From Felis catus (taxonomy: Eukaryota), in the NCBI RefSeq assembly GCF_018350175.1, contig NC_058368.1, forward strand, positions 101,868,001 through 101,932,000: a stretch of DNA of 64,000 nucleotides, given 5' to 3'. Positions within the stretch are counted from its first letter, which is position 1, and every line of letters starts with the position of its first letter. The notes beneath the pieces were generated by a model. It ran no database searches. It was not told the origin of the DNA and saw only the letters and a list, made by a program, of their open reading frames with translations. This document shows positions 1 to 11,036 of the stretch, piece by piece. A program made the position numbers and the translations under genes.

Positions 1-215
1 GAATATTAACTATACAGAACTGGTAGTTGCCAAAGGGGAGGTAGACGGGGGATTAGTGAAATAGGTGATGGGGATTAAAGAGTACATTTTTCATGATGAG
101 CACTCAGTAATGTATAGAATTGTTCAATCAATATATTGTACACCTGAAACTAATGTAACACTACATGTTAACTAACTGGAATTAAACGAAAAGAAAAACA
201 AAAAAGAAACAAAAC
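1..215 (+). mobile_element. LINE-1 3' end (carnivore L1 3'UTR) with A-rich tail
   Basis: Typical L1 3'UTR text 'gatgagcactcagtaatgtatagaattgtt...tgtacacctgaaactaatgtaacactacatgttaacta' followed by an A-rich tail. Confidence 0.8.
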
Positions 216-272
216 AAGACTATGAATGGGAATTCACTTTCAGAACCAGGTAATATTAAAATGGAAGTAAAA

Positions 273-545
273 CTTATGTGGATCCTGAGAAACTTAACAG
301 AAACCCATGGGGGAGGGGAAGGGAAAAAAGAAAAGAGGTTAGAGTGGAAGAGAGCCAAAGCATAAGAGACTCTTAAAAATTGAGAATAAACTGAGGGTTG
401 ATGGGGGGAGGGAGGGGAGGGTGGGAGATGGGTATTGAGGCGGGCACCTTTTGGGATGAGCACTGGGTGTTGTATGGAAGCCAATTTGACAATAAATTTC
501 ATATATTGAAAAAATTAATTAATTAATTAAAATAAATAAATAAAT
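273..545 (+). mobile_element. 5'-truncated young felid LINE-1 (3'UTR only) with TSD
   Basis: Very similar to the 3' end of the L1 at 54.2 kb; (taaa)n tail; flanked by TSD aaaatggaagtaaaa at 258-272 and 546-560. Confidence 0.9.
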
Positions 546-669
546 AAAATGGAAGTAAAAGGAAATCAGTGTATTAACCTGATATGTCAACTAAATGCAG
601 TCTGTGAATTCAGGAAAAATAATTTTTAATTTTTAACTGAAGTTGAATTATGTAACTGCATCTTTCACA

Positions 670-2195
670 AAAAGCTATTAAAGAAGACGCAAGTGGAAAG
701 ACACCGTGTTTTTATGGTTTGGAAGGACAAATATTGTTCAAGTATCCCTGCCACTAAAAATGATCTGCAGATCCAGTGCCATCCCCATCAAAATCCTAGT
801 GCCATAATTTACCAAAAAAAAAAAAAAAAGTCATATGGACTCTCAGAAAAACATGAATAGTCAAATCATTCTTGAGAAAGGAGAACAAATCTAAAGACAC
901 CACAGTTCGTGATTTCAAAATATGTTACAAAGCTGGAGACATCACACTTCCTGATATTTCCAACTATATTTCAAAGCTACAGTAATCAAAACAGTGTGGT
1001 ACTGGCACGAAATAGACCAATGGAAAAGAACAGAGATCGCTGACATAAACCCAAGCATGAAGGGTCAGCAAAGCTCTGACAAAGGTGCCCTAAATGTACC
1101 ATGAGGAACGAACAGTCTCTTCAACAAGTGGTGCTGGGGAAATGAGACAGCCACAAGGAAGATATTGCAAATGGACCTTTATCTCACACCATATGCTAAA
1201 AACTACTCAAAATGGATTGAAGACTTAAACATATGACCTTAAATGGTTAAAATTTTGGGAAGACAACATAATGGAAAAGATTCACAACGTTGGTCTTCCC
1301 AATGCTTTCATGGATAGGACACCAAAAATAAAAATGAAAAAACATGCCCACAAAACATGGAAAATAAGAAACAAAACCAGGCAACAAAAGCAAAATGAGA
1401 CGAGGGGGACTACATCACACTATAAGGTTCTGAAGAGCAAAGGAAACAAAGAGACAAAATTTGAACAGACTTTTCTCAAAAAAAAAAAACAACCCAGCTA
1501 TAAATGGCCAAAAGCGCTATGCACAAGACTCTATAGCATGAATCATTAGGAAAACTGAAATAAAAACTGTGAGGCATCACCTCATAAGAGGTACTGGTGA
1601 GGATGTGGACGCAGTGGAACCTCTGTGTACCTTTCATAGGAATGCAAAAGGCTAAGCGGAAATCCTTCTCAAGGAATTAAAACTTTAAAAGGACTATATG
1701 ATCCGGCAATCCCCCTTCTAGATGTTTCTCCAAAAGAAGACAAAGCAGTACCTTGAAGAGATATGAGCATGCTTGTATTACGTGTAGCCCTATTCACAAT
1801 AGCCAAGACGTAAAGACCACCTGAGCACACACAAGAGATAAAATGTAGTCTAAGTAATATCAGAGAAAATGTGGCATATACACATGATGGGATACTACTC
1901 AGCCTTTCAAGAAGAAAACATGTGACAACATGATAAACCCGGAAGGACACTACGTTAAGGTATGTATGTCAGACACGGAAGGTCAGGTCCTACGTGATTC
2001 TCCTTGTATAGGTATCATAGGTAGGCTCAATGAACTGGTTGCCAGGTGTTGGGAGAAGAAAGAAATGGGTGGTTACTGATCAATTGGCATCAAGCTTCAG
2101 CTAAAAGGAATTGATTCTCAGAGATCTCAAGAGCAACACTCTATCACTGGGCAGCAATACTGTACCACACACCCCAAACTTTGCTGAGTGTCTAT
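670..2195 (+). mobile_element. Old decayed LINE-1 (L1M type), 3' part of ORF2 and 3'UTR
   Basis: L1 ORF2 motifs 'aaagctacagtaatcaaaacagtgtggtactggca' and 'acagtctcttcaacaagtggtgctggg', with many indels. Confidence 0.8.
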
Positions 2196-2201
2196 CTCCT
2201 A

Positions 2202-2360
2202 GATGCCTAGGTGGCTCAGTTGGTTGAGTATTCGACGCTTAATCTCAGCTCAGGTCATGATCTCACAGTTCCTGAGTCTGAGCCCGGAGTCTAGCTCTGT
2301 GCTGGCAGTGCAGAGCCTGCTTGGGATTTAATCTCGTTTTGCCCCTCCTGGGCTTGCACA
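2202..2360 (+). mobile_element. CAN-SINE, 3'-truncated (no tail)
   Basis: Head 'gatgcctaggtggctcagttggttgag...ctcaggtcatgatctc...gagcctgcttgggatt'. Confidence 0.85.
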
Positions 2361-2462
2361 TGGCAGAGAGCCCGATGCAGGGCTTGAACTCACCAACCAA
2401 GCCATGGGATCATGTCTTGAGCCGAAGTCAGACGTTTAACCGACTAAGCCACCCAGGTGCCC
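2361..2462 (-). mobile_element. CAN-SINE head fragment in inverted orientation
   Basis: Reverse-complement head '...gccgaagtcagacgtttaaccgactaagccacccaggtgcccc'. Confidence 0.85.
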
Positions 2463-2484
2463 TGGAAGCCCAAGCTCATTTAAT

Positions 2485-4740
2485 AAGACAATAAGAGGGT
2501 ATAAAAGATATACACATTGGGAAAGAAGAAATAAAACTGCCTTTATTAGTATATGACAATATCATCTATGTAAAGAATCTGGAAGAATCAACAACTTATC
2601 TCCTGAAACTATCAAATGACTATAGCAAGACTGTAAGGTACAACATTTATATACAGAAGCCAACTGCTTTCTTACATAACACAACGAACAAGTAAAACTT
2701 GATGTTAAAAACACACTACCATTTACCTCAGCACACTCCCAAATAAAGTTCTTAGGTATAAATGTAATAAAATATACGTAAGACATCTCTGACGACCATT
2801 CAGATGAAAAATATCAAAAAAGAACTACATAGAGAGATAGTCCATATTCATGCATAGATTCAATATTGTCACAGTAGTGGGTTCTTACCAACTGGACTGA
2901 GAGATTCCACTCAATTCCCATCAAAACCCCAGCAAGTTATTTTGTGGATAATGACAAACTAATTCCAACATTTCTATGTGGAGGCATAAGACCCAGAACA
3001 CGGATACAATATTGAAGGACAAGCACAAAGTTGGAGGGGACTGACACTACCTTACTTCAAGACTTAAAATAAAGCTACGCTATCTTCATTATATAGCTTT
3101 ACAGTTAGTCTTAAAGGAGTGTATTTTTCTCATTACATTTTTTTTTTTTTTGGTGTTCAAAACCAACTTTGCTAACTTTTTTATTATATGTAGCATATCT
3201 ACCTCTGGTACTACAGTGTTTTACTGGTGAAAGAATAGACAAATAGATCAATGAACATAAATAGAGCCCAGAAATAGACCCACATAAATAATGTCAACTT
3301 ACCTTTAACAAAGGAGCAAAGACAATGCAATGGGGCAAAGACAGACTGTCTAACAAACAGTGCCGGGCCAAACGGACAAAGCCATGCAAAATAATCAATG
3401 TAGACACAGATCTTACACCATTTCCAAACAAGAACAAAAACAAAAACTCAAAATGAATCAGGGACCTAAATGTAAAATAAAAAAACCATAAAACAGCCAG
3501 AAGATACCATAGGAGACAATCTTGGAGACCTTGGGTATGGCTGGAAGTTTTTAGATACAACCCCAAAGGCATCATCCCTGGAAGAAATATCTAACAATTA
3601 TGGACATCATCAAAAACTTCTGCTCTGCTAAATGCGATGTGAAGAGAAGACTGAGAGAAAGTATTTTTAAAGGTATATATAATAGAGGATTGTTATGTAA
3701 GAAATACAAAGATCCTTAAAACTCAACAATAAGAAAACAAACCCAATTTAAAAAGTAGGCAAAAGACATCAACAGACACCACACCAAAGAAGATATACAC
3801 ATGCCAAGTGAGCGTATGAAAATATGTTTATCATATGTTCTCAGAAAATTACAAATTTAAATGAGATACCTCTGTCCACACCTGTTAGATTGGCCAAAAT
3901 CCAGAACGCTGACAACGACCAATATGGGCAAGGAAGGGGACCAATATGGACTCTCACTCATTGCTGGTGGGACTGCAAAAGAGTACGGCCACCCTCTGAG
4001 ACTGTGAAACCATTTTGGTGGTTTCTATGAAAACCCAGCATGATTTTACTGTATGATTTAGCAGTAACAGTCTCTGAAATTTGCCCAAATGAACTTACAA
4101 CTTACATCCTCACAAAAACCCGCCCACACAGACTTATAACGGTGTTATGCATAATTGCCAAAACCTGGAAGCAACCAGGATATCCCTCAGTAGTTGTAAA
4201 TGGGTCAATCAACTATGATACCGCCATACAAGGGTATAATATTTAGGGCTGAAGAAAAAATAAGCTATGAAGTTTTGAGAAGAAATGGAGGAACCGTAAG
4301 TGCTTATTACTAAGTGAAAGAAGCCGGTTGGTAAAGCTCTTCAAGTGGTATGATCACAACTATATGACATTCTGGAAAGAACACGACTATGAAGACAGTA
4401 AAAAGCTCACTGGTTACCAGCAGTGAGGGGAGAGGGAGGCACAAATAGGCAAAACACAGAGGAGCAGTGAAACCACTCTCTGTGTTACTACAATAGTGGA
4501 TACACTTCTCAAAACTCATAAAATGCGCAATATGAATAGTGAACCCATATATAAACTACAGGCTCTGGGTGACAATGATGTGCCAACGTGGGTTCACGGA
4601 TAGTAACAAATGTACCATCTGGTGGGGGGTGCCGATAATCAGGAAGATTGTATGTGTGTAAGGAGAGGGGGGTTAAGGAAGTCTCCGTCCTTCCATTCAA
4701 GCTTGAGTTAAGTCTAAAATTGCTCTAAAAAGACCTTAAC
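2485..4740 (+). mobile_element. Old LINE-1 (L1MC-like), 3' half of ORF2 plus 3'UTR
   Basis: Colinear decayed ORF2 from the RT region ('ataaaactgcctttattagtatatgacaatatcatctatgtaaagaatc') to an L1MC-type 3'UTR ('tgggtgacaatgatgtgccaacgtgggttcacggatagtaacaaatgtaccatctggtgggg'). Confidence 0.8.
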
Positions 4741-5204
4741 TGAGAAGAAAGTTGACTGCCACTATTTCACTACTTAGAATGTTAACGGTACTAGGACTGT
4801 GTTCATTTTTTCAAAACATAAGTATCACAGTAGAATTAAACATAAGGAGTGGCTGGGGTACAGGAGTAAAAATGTCAAATACATCATAGAAAGTTATGAG
4901 CAAAGAATGAAATAAGTCAAAATATTACAAAAAAAACAAAATAAAAATTTCTAAGCACAAATATAACTTACTACATGGTAGAATAAATAGGAGTCCATTT
5001 ACCTATTTGTAAGAAAAACATAAGATGCCTTGAGTCAAAAAATTCCGACTACTGCTTGTTATCTTCTATATATGTGCTTAAAAGAAGGTGATTCAGAAAA
5101 TGGATAAAATGCACCAGGGAAATGCAAAGAAATAAAGAACCAAGGGTCACAATATTAATAACAGATCCAGTGAAATTCAAAATAAAAACCATTCAAAAGG
5201 ATAA

Positions 5205-6500
5205 TTTTTGGAAGCAGAGTTGACATGCAATATCCTATTAGTTTCAGATGTATGTCATAGTGATTCAATACTTTTATACATTGTGAAATGATCCCCACAA
5301 GAAGTCTAGTTACCATCTGTCACCATAAAAAGTTATTACAATGTTATTGACCACGTCGTACATTACATTCCCATGACGTACTTTATAAGTTTGTTACTCT
5401 TAATGCCCTTCACCTATTGCACTGGACCCCCTGCAACCTCCTCCATCTGGTAACCAGCAGTTTTCCTTATCCATCTATCCATCTATCTATTTTTCCTTTG
5501 TTCCTGTGTTATATCAGGAAATAGATCAGTGAAATATATCAATGAAATCATACGGTATTTGTCTTCCTGTATCAGACTTAATTCACTTAGTATAATACCC
5601 TCTAGGTCCACCTACGCTGTCATAAACACCAAGATTTCATTCTTTTCTATCACAAATACTCCATCTTATACATAAACGTGTATTCCATATATACACACAT
5701 GCATATACACACACTATATATGTGTGTATACACACAAAATATAAACATAGACATATGGCACAACTTCTTTATCCATTTTCTCATCAACAGTTGTTATTTT
5801 TCATCCGTTTTAGTAATAATTAATCTGGTGGGTGTGAGGTGATAGCTCACTGTGATTTTGATTTGTATTTCTCTGGTGATTCGGAACACTTAGCATCTTT
5901 CATATGCCTATTGGCCATCTGTAGGTCTTCTTTGGAAAAATGGCTATTCAGGTCTTCTGCCTATTTTTTAAACTTTTTTTTTTTTTAAATAGGAAGTCAT
6001 GTGAGTTCTTTATATATTCTGGATATCAACCTTTTATCAAATGTATGACTTGTACTATTCTTTGCACTAAGTTGCCTTTTCGTTTTGTTGATAGTTTCCT
6101 TCAGCGTGCAAAGCCTTGCAATTTGATGTGATCTCATTCATTTTAGCTTCTGTTGCACTTGCCTGAAGGGACTGGTCCAAAAAACACAGCTAACACCAAT
6201 GTCAAAAGAGCTTACTGTGCATTTTCTTCTACAAATTTTACCCTTTCAGGTGTTACATTCAGCTTTTCAACCTATTCTCAATTTATTTTTCATTTAAGGC
6301 ATCAGATAGTGGTCCAGTTTTACTAACACTATTATTTCGAAGGGACTGTCTTTTCTCCATTACATTCTTGACTCCTTTGTCAGAGATTAAGTGACCATAG
6401 ATATGTGGGTTTATTTATGACAGGACCATACTCTTTTGGTTACTGTAGCTTTGTAGGACAGTTTGAAATCAGGGATTGTGATACTTCCACCTTTTTTTCT
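5205..6500 (-). mobile_element. LINE-1 3' portion (L1MA-like or early carnivore), antisense
   Basis: Antisense 3'UTR 'attagtttcagatgtatgtcatagtgattc' and ORF2 motifs 'ttggccatctgtaggtcttctttggaaaaatg', 'gtttgaaatcagggattgtgatacttcc'. Confidence 0.8.
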
Positions 6501-6711
6501 ATAACCTTTTGAGGAAGGGTAACTCCCTAAAACCAAGGCATGTTAGAAACTTTTTAAAACTGAGTAAAACTGAAATTTAAAGCAAAAAAAGGAAAACCTA
6601 AGATTATCCTACAGAACCAAAAGGTAGTGAAAAAGACAGACTACATGAATATACAATCAAGAGGGTCATTTTAAATATTTAAAAAAAAATTTTTAATGTT
6701 TATTTATTTTT

Positions 6712-6940
6712 ATTTTTTATTAAAAAAATTTTTTTAAATGTTTATTTTTGAGAGAGAGGGAAACAGACAGACTGTGAGCCAGGGAGGGACAGAGAGAGAG
6801 AGGGAGAGAGAATCCCAAGTAGGCTCCAGGCTCTGAGCTGTCAGCACAGAACCGGACATGGGGCTCAAACCCACAAACCGCGAGATCATGGCCTGAGCCT
6901 AAGTGGGATGCTCAGCCAACTGAGCCACCCAGGCGCCCCC
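6712..6940 (-). mobile_element. CAN-SINE nested in the A-tail of a second SINE
   Basis: Full antisense SINE ending 'ccacccaggcgcccc'; 'aatgtttatttatttt' duplicated at about 6696 and 6941. Confidence 0.9.
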
Positions 6941-7143
6941 AATGTTTATTTATTTTTGAGAGAGACAGAGACAGAATGTAAGTGGGTTAGGGTGAGAGAG
7001 TGAGGGAGACACAGAATCCGAAGCAGGCTCCAGGTTCCGAGCTGTCAGCACAGAGCCCGACGCGGGGCTCGAACTCACAAACTGTGAGATCACGACCGGA
7101 GCCGAAGTTGGATGTTCAGCCAACTGAGCCAACCAGGTGCCCC
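6941..7143 (-). mobile_element. CAN-SINE (host of the nested copy)
   Basis: Antisense SINE; outer TSD ggtcattttaa at 6664-6674 and 7149-7159. Confidence 0.9.
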
Positions 7144-8063
7144 AGGAAGGTCATTTTAATTAGTGGTATTTATCAAGCTCTAGTTTTTGAAAACAGAAAA
7201 AGCATCTTCTTTTCATGTAGCATTCACGGAATATTTACTAGAATTGTGTATACCACAGGAAGTGGTTAAAATCGGTTTTCATAGTGTGTATACAGGCTGC
7301 ATTTCGGAAGTACATTCAAATACTGTGTAGGTCAAAAAAATAAGTATAGACAGCGAATTATTAATACCTATTTATTTATATTCCAGTCTTGGGATAGAAA
7401 AGAAAAAGAAAAGCAAATCTTAGGACTTGGTTTTCTTTTTCCTTTTTACCTACCTCAGTATAAAGCTCATGTTTTACAATGAACTTGCATGAACTTAATT
7501 GAAATGGTCATTTGTTACTAGAAAGATTAATTTTAGCATTTGGATAAATTCACCAAAGTAATTTTTTTTTAAATAGTTGTTTTTTCCAAAAGAAGGGAAG
7601 AAGCACCGTTCCCTGAGAAAACCATAAAATGTTAGGACCACAATGGTAAAGATGTGAGATTCTGTTAGGTGGGGAACGCCTTTGCATTTTTGCCTTCTCT
7701 TCACACTTTGACATATTCCAAACCCACACACGATACGTGATCCTGTCAGACAACGTTGATTACTGGTCCCAAGTGACTTCAAGCAGTGGCTACAGGCTGA
7801 CTTTGTAAATCTGCTCAGATGTGTCTACTAGAAAGAAAACGTCAACATTCAAACAAGATCACTTCATTACCAAGGCCTCAGACACACAACCACCCCAAAA
7901 CATGCTGAAATACAGAAATATTGTACAGAAATACTACGGTACATTTTCAAAATGTATTAACTTCATTTGTTAAAAAATAAATGAAGTGGGCTTTGGCTTA
8001 AAAAAAAAAACAAAAATCATAAAAAGAATTGTTTGGTTCTTGGCTTAAAAAAAAAAAACACCA

Positions 8064-8290
8064 GGGGCGCCTGGGTGGCGCAGTCGGTTAAGCGTCCGAC
8101 TTCAGCCAGGTCACGATCTCGCGGTCCGTGAGTTCAAGCCCCGCGTCAGGCTCTGGGCTGATGGCTCAGAGCCTGGAGCCTGTTTCCGATTGTGTGTCTC
8201 CCTCTCTCTCTGCTCCTCCCCACTTCATGCTCTGTCTCTCTCTGTCCCAAAAATAAATAAACGTTGAAAAAAAAAATTAAAAAAAAAAAC
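8064..8290 (+). mobile_element. Young felid SINE (SINEC_Fc-like)
   Basis: Head ggggcgcctgggtggcgcagtcggttaagcgtccgacttcagccagg, (CT)n tract, A tail, TSD aaaacacca. Confidence 0.95.
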
Positions 8291-8639
8291 AAAACACCAA
8301 AAATCATAAAAAGAATTGTTTAATTTTCCAGACCAAATGCATTTTTTCAGTTTTTCTCTTAGGTTCCTATCAGGAGCCCTGATATAGAACACCATTCTCT
8401 CCCACTCGGTTCTCAACAGTTTTACAAGAAATTCAAGCACAACTGGGGACCAGGTTGAAGCACACGCCGCCATTCAAGTTTACTAGCCAAGCGGCACCGT
8501 GAACGCCCAAAAGCGGAACGAGGCAGCATTGCCCACACAGATCCAGGCCCGTGTGGGTCAGGGAGGCGTCCCCCAGAGGATAAGCAATGGATCCCGTGCT
8601 CAGACATATTTCACCCTACCCAGCTCTCCTACCTCTCCC

Positions 8640-9610
8640 GGGCTCCTCTGTTGCTCCTTCCTACTGTCTGCGTTTCTAAATATCAGAGTGTCCAGGGATT
8701 AGCCCTCGGACCACGTTTGTTTTTCTGACTACACTCACCTTCTAGATGGTCTCATGCAGGCCCGTGACTTTCAATCGCATCTCCGAGCTGATGTCAAGTC
8801 TGGGCTTCCCCTCTGAACACCAGAACCGTCCATCAAATCCCCTGATGACCATCTCCACATGGATGTCCAGTAAGCATCTTAAACTCAAGGTGTCTAAAAC
8901 CTAACTCCTGATTTTTACCCCCCACCCTCCCCCACCACCCCTGCCAACCGCTTCCCCAGTCCTTCCGCCTAACTGCAAATCCATTCTTCGGTTACCCAGT
9001 TCAAACTCTTTCCTGTGGATCTACATTCTTGAGGCTGATCTTTTCCTCGTGTGCCTATCATCTGTCAGCAAGTGTTGCCATCTGTCCTTCAGGTGTACAC
9101 AGAATCCCATTCTTCCTGACCACCTTCCCTGGTGGGGGAAGTTGGTCAACTTAGGTTAGTTCTGCGCTCTAGCCAATCTGGATCCTTGCTGTTTGTCCAA
9201 ACCTATAGGAATTCTGCTTCAGGCCTGGCCTTCCGTTCTAAAATTTCAACACCCACCGCTCGGTATTTCTTCCCTCTGCTTTGCATTTTTTTGTCCTTCA
9301 ACACCTGCCACTTTCTTTTTTGTATCAAGTTTTTCATTTTAATTCTGAGTTAACACACTGTGTCTTATCAGTTTCCGGTGTACAAGACAGTGACTCAATA
9401 ATCCTACACACTGTTCAGCACTCATCATGAGAACACACGCCACTTTAAAAGCACTTACGTTTATTACATTTATTTCCTGTAGCTCCTCTTAGAACGTAAG
9501 AGTGCTCTTTTTTATTCACATTTGTCTATTTTATTTGCTTCAACGCCAGGGGCTAGAATGGTACCTGATATACATAAGCTCCCAATACTATTTGTGGAAT
9601 GAATGAATGG
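8640..9610 (+). mobile_element. LINE-2 (L2a-like) 3' portion, decayed
   Basis: 'catctccacatggatgtccagtaagcatcttaaactcaaggtgtctaaaacctaactcctgat' and terminal 'tttgtggaatgaatgaatg'. Confidence 0.75.
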
Positions 9611-10656
9611 CTGGCTCCTAGCTCAAAGGAAGAAGGGCTGAGTTGAGCCAAGCAAGCTCAGTTGTGTTTCTCAAATGTATCATCTTATCAGAACTGCCCT
9701 TCCCTAAGGCAGAGTGAACAAAGGAGCAAAAGGGGGGCCAGAGGTGCTGGAGGGCACGGAGCTCCAAGAACACAGAAGGATCCACGAGACATAGAGAATA
9801 AGGTGCCCTGTACCGCATTGTGTATTGTGATATTCTAATGAAAAGTCAAGGTAGTATTGCAGTTATGATCCCAGGCAATCAAAGACTTATGTCTTCTCAC
9901 TACAGTCAGAGAATCCAGTCTGGCCTGCAAAGGCTGTTCTGGATGGCTCTTGACTCACGAATTGCCTTCCGTTTCTGAAAAGATCCTAAGAGCAGGAGAG
10001 CATCATCCGACTCAAATACCTCAACCGCCAAGTAAGATAACATCTGAGCTCCTTCGTGTTTCATTTTCCACGTGTGTTCTCACTTGTACAATCAGCACTG
10101 CACTGAGAAGACACCCACACTTCCCCCCACCCCCACCGTCTTCAGGAAACACTGGAAGACTCTAAAATTCAAACATCCTGCATCTACCCCCCACCTCAGT
10201 GGGAAAAACAGTGCTTCCTCCTGACATATTCTCAGGCCCTGAGCGGAGAGCAGCAGGGTGGAGTCTGTCCTTAGCTTTGTCTTCCAGCCGGAGACATCAG
10301 GAGCTCTGTCTGTAAGGGCACTTTGAAGACTAGGCTGACAGCGCGTTTGGGAAATGGTGTTTGAGAGACAATAAAAGGGGCCCCGGCTTCAAGTATATTA
10401 AGGGATCACAGGAGCACATCTTGACTGCATGCTCAGATCTTTTCATTCAAAGACACACATCTTCTCATCTCCCAAGGGGTGAGGCCAACCTAGCACAGAA
10501 TATAGACAGAGCCTCACAAACAGGGTTGCCAACCGCATGTCAGAGACAATTAGCGAGAACACGGAGAGAGGCTGCCCTCGGTGCAGAGTCAAAATGGATT
10601 AGGGGGGAAACTCAAGGTGTGTGTGTCGAGCCACCAGCCCAGATGCGCAGGGCAAA

Positions 10657-10677
10657 CACGCAGCGAGGTGGCACCTG
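10657..10677 (+). promoter_or_regulatory. Candidate CTCF-binding motif
   Basis: CAGCGAGGTGGCAC matches 12 of 14 positions of CCGCGNGGNGGCAG, in a CpG-retaining unique patch; motif match only. Confidence 0.25.
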
Positions 10678-10828
10678 AAGTGGCTCGCTGTTTTCCTGGT
10701 GGCTGTGTGTGTCCACTACTCTGCTCACCTCTCTTACGTCCTTTCTCCTAGAGTAACAGGAGGCCAGCGGGTGTGAGTGGGTGCGAGCAAAGAGAACGCC
10801 AAACGTAATCATTCAAATACCAGATTTT

Positions 10829-11036
10829 GGGGGTTGGCTCGGTTGGTTTAGCATCTGACTCGACCTCGGCTCAGGTCATGATCTCATAGTTTTGTGAGTT
10901 CAAGCCCCGCATCTGGCTCTGAGCTGATGGCACGGAGCCCACTCGGGATTCTGTCTATCCTTCTCTCTGCCCTTCCCCTGCTTGTGTGTACATGTTCTCA
11001 TTCTCTCCTTCCCAACTAAATAAAAACTTAAAAAAA
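10829..11036 (+). mobile_element. CAN-SINE
   Basis: SINE body with TSD aaatacc(ag/gt)attttgg at about 10815 and 11037. Confidence 0.9.

Noticed and set aside
7495..7840. Possible minus-strand terminal exon (ttttctttctag acceptor near 7830)
   Set aside because: No recognisable peptide and no linked upstream exons; the signal is too weak.
8064..8150. tRNA-like A-box and B-box sequences in SINE heads as tRNA genes
   Set aside because: They are tRNA-derived SINE heads followed by CT tracts, A tails and TSDs.
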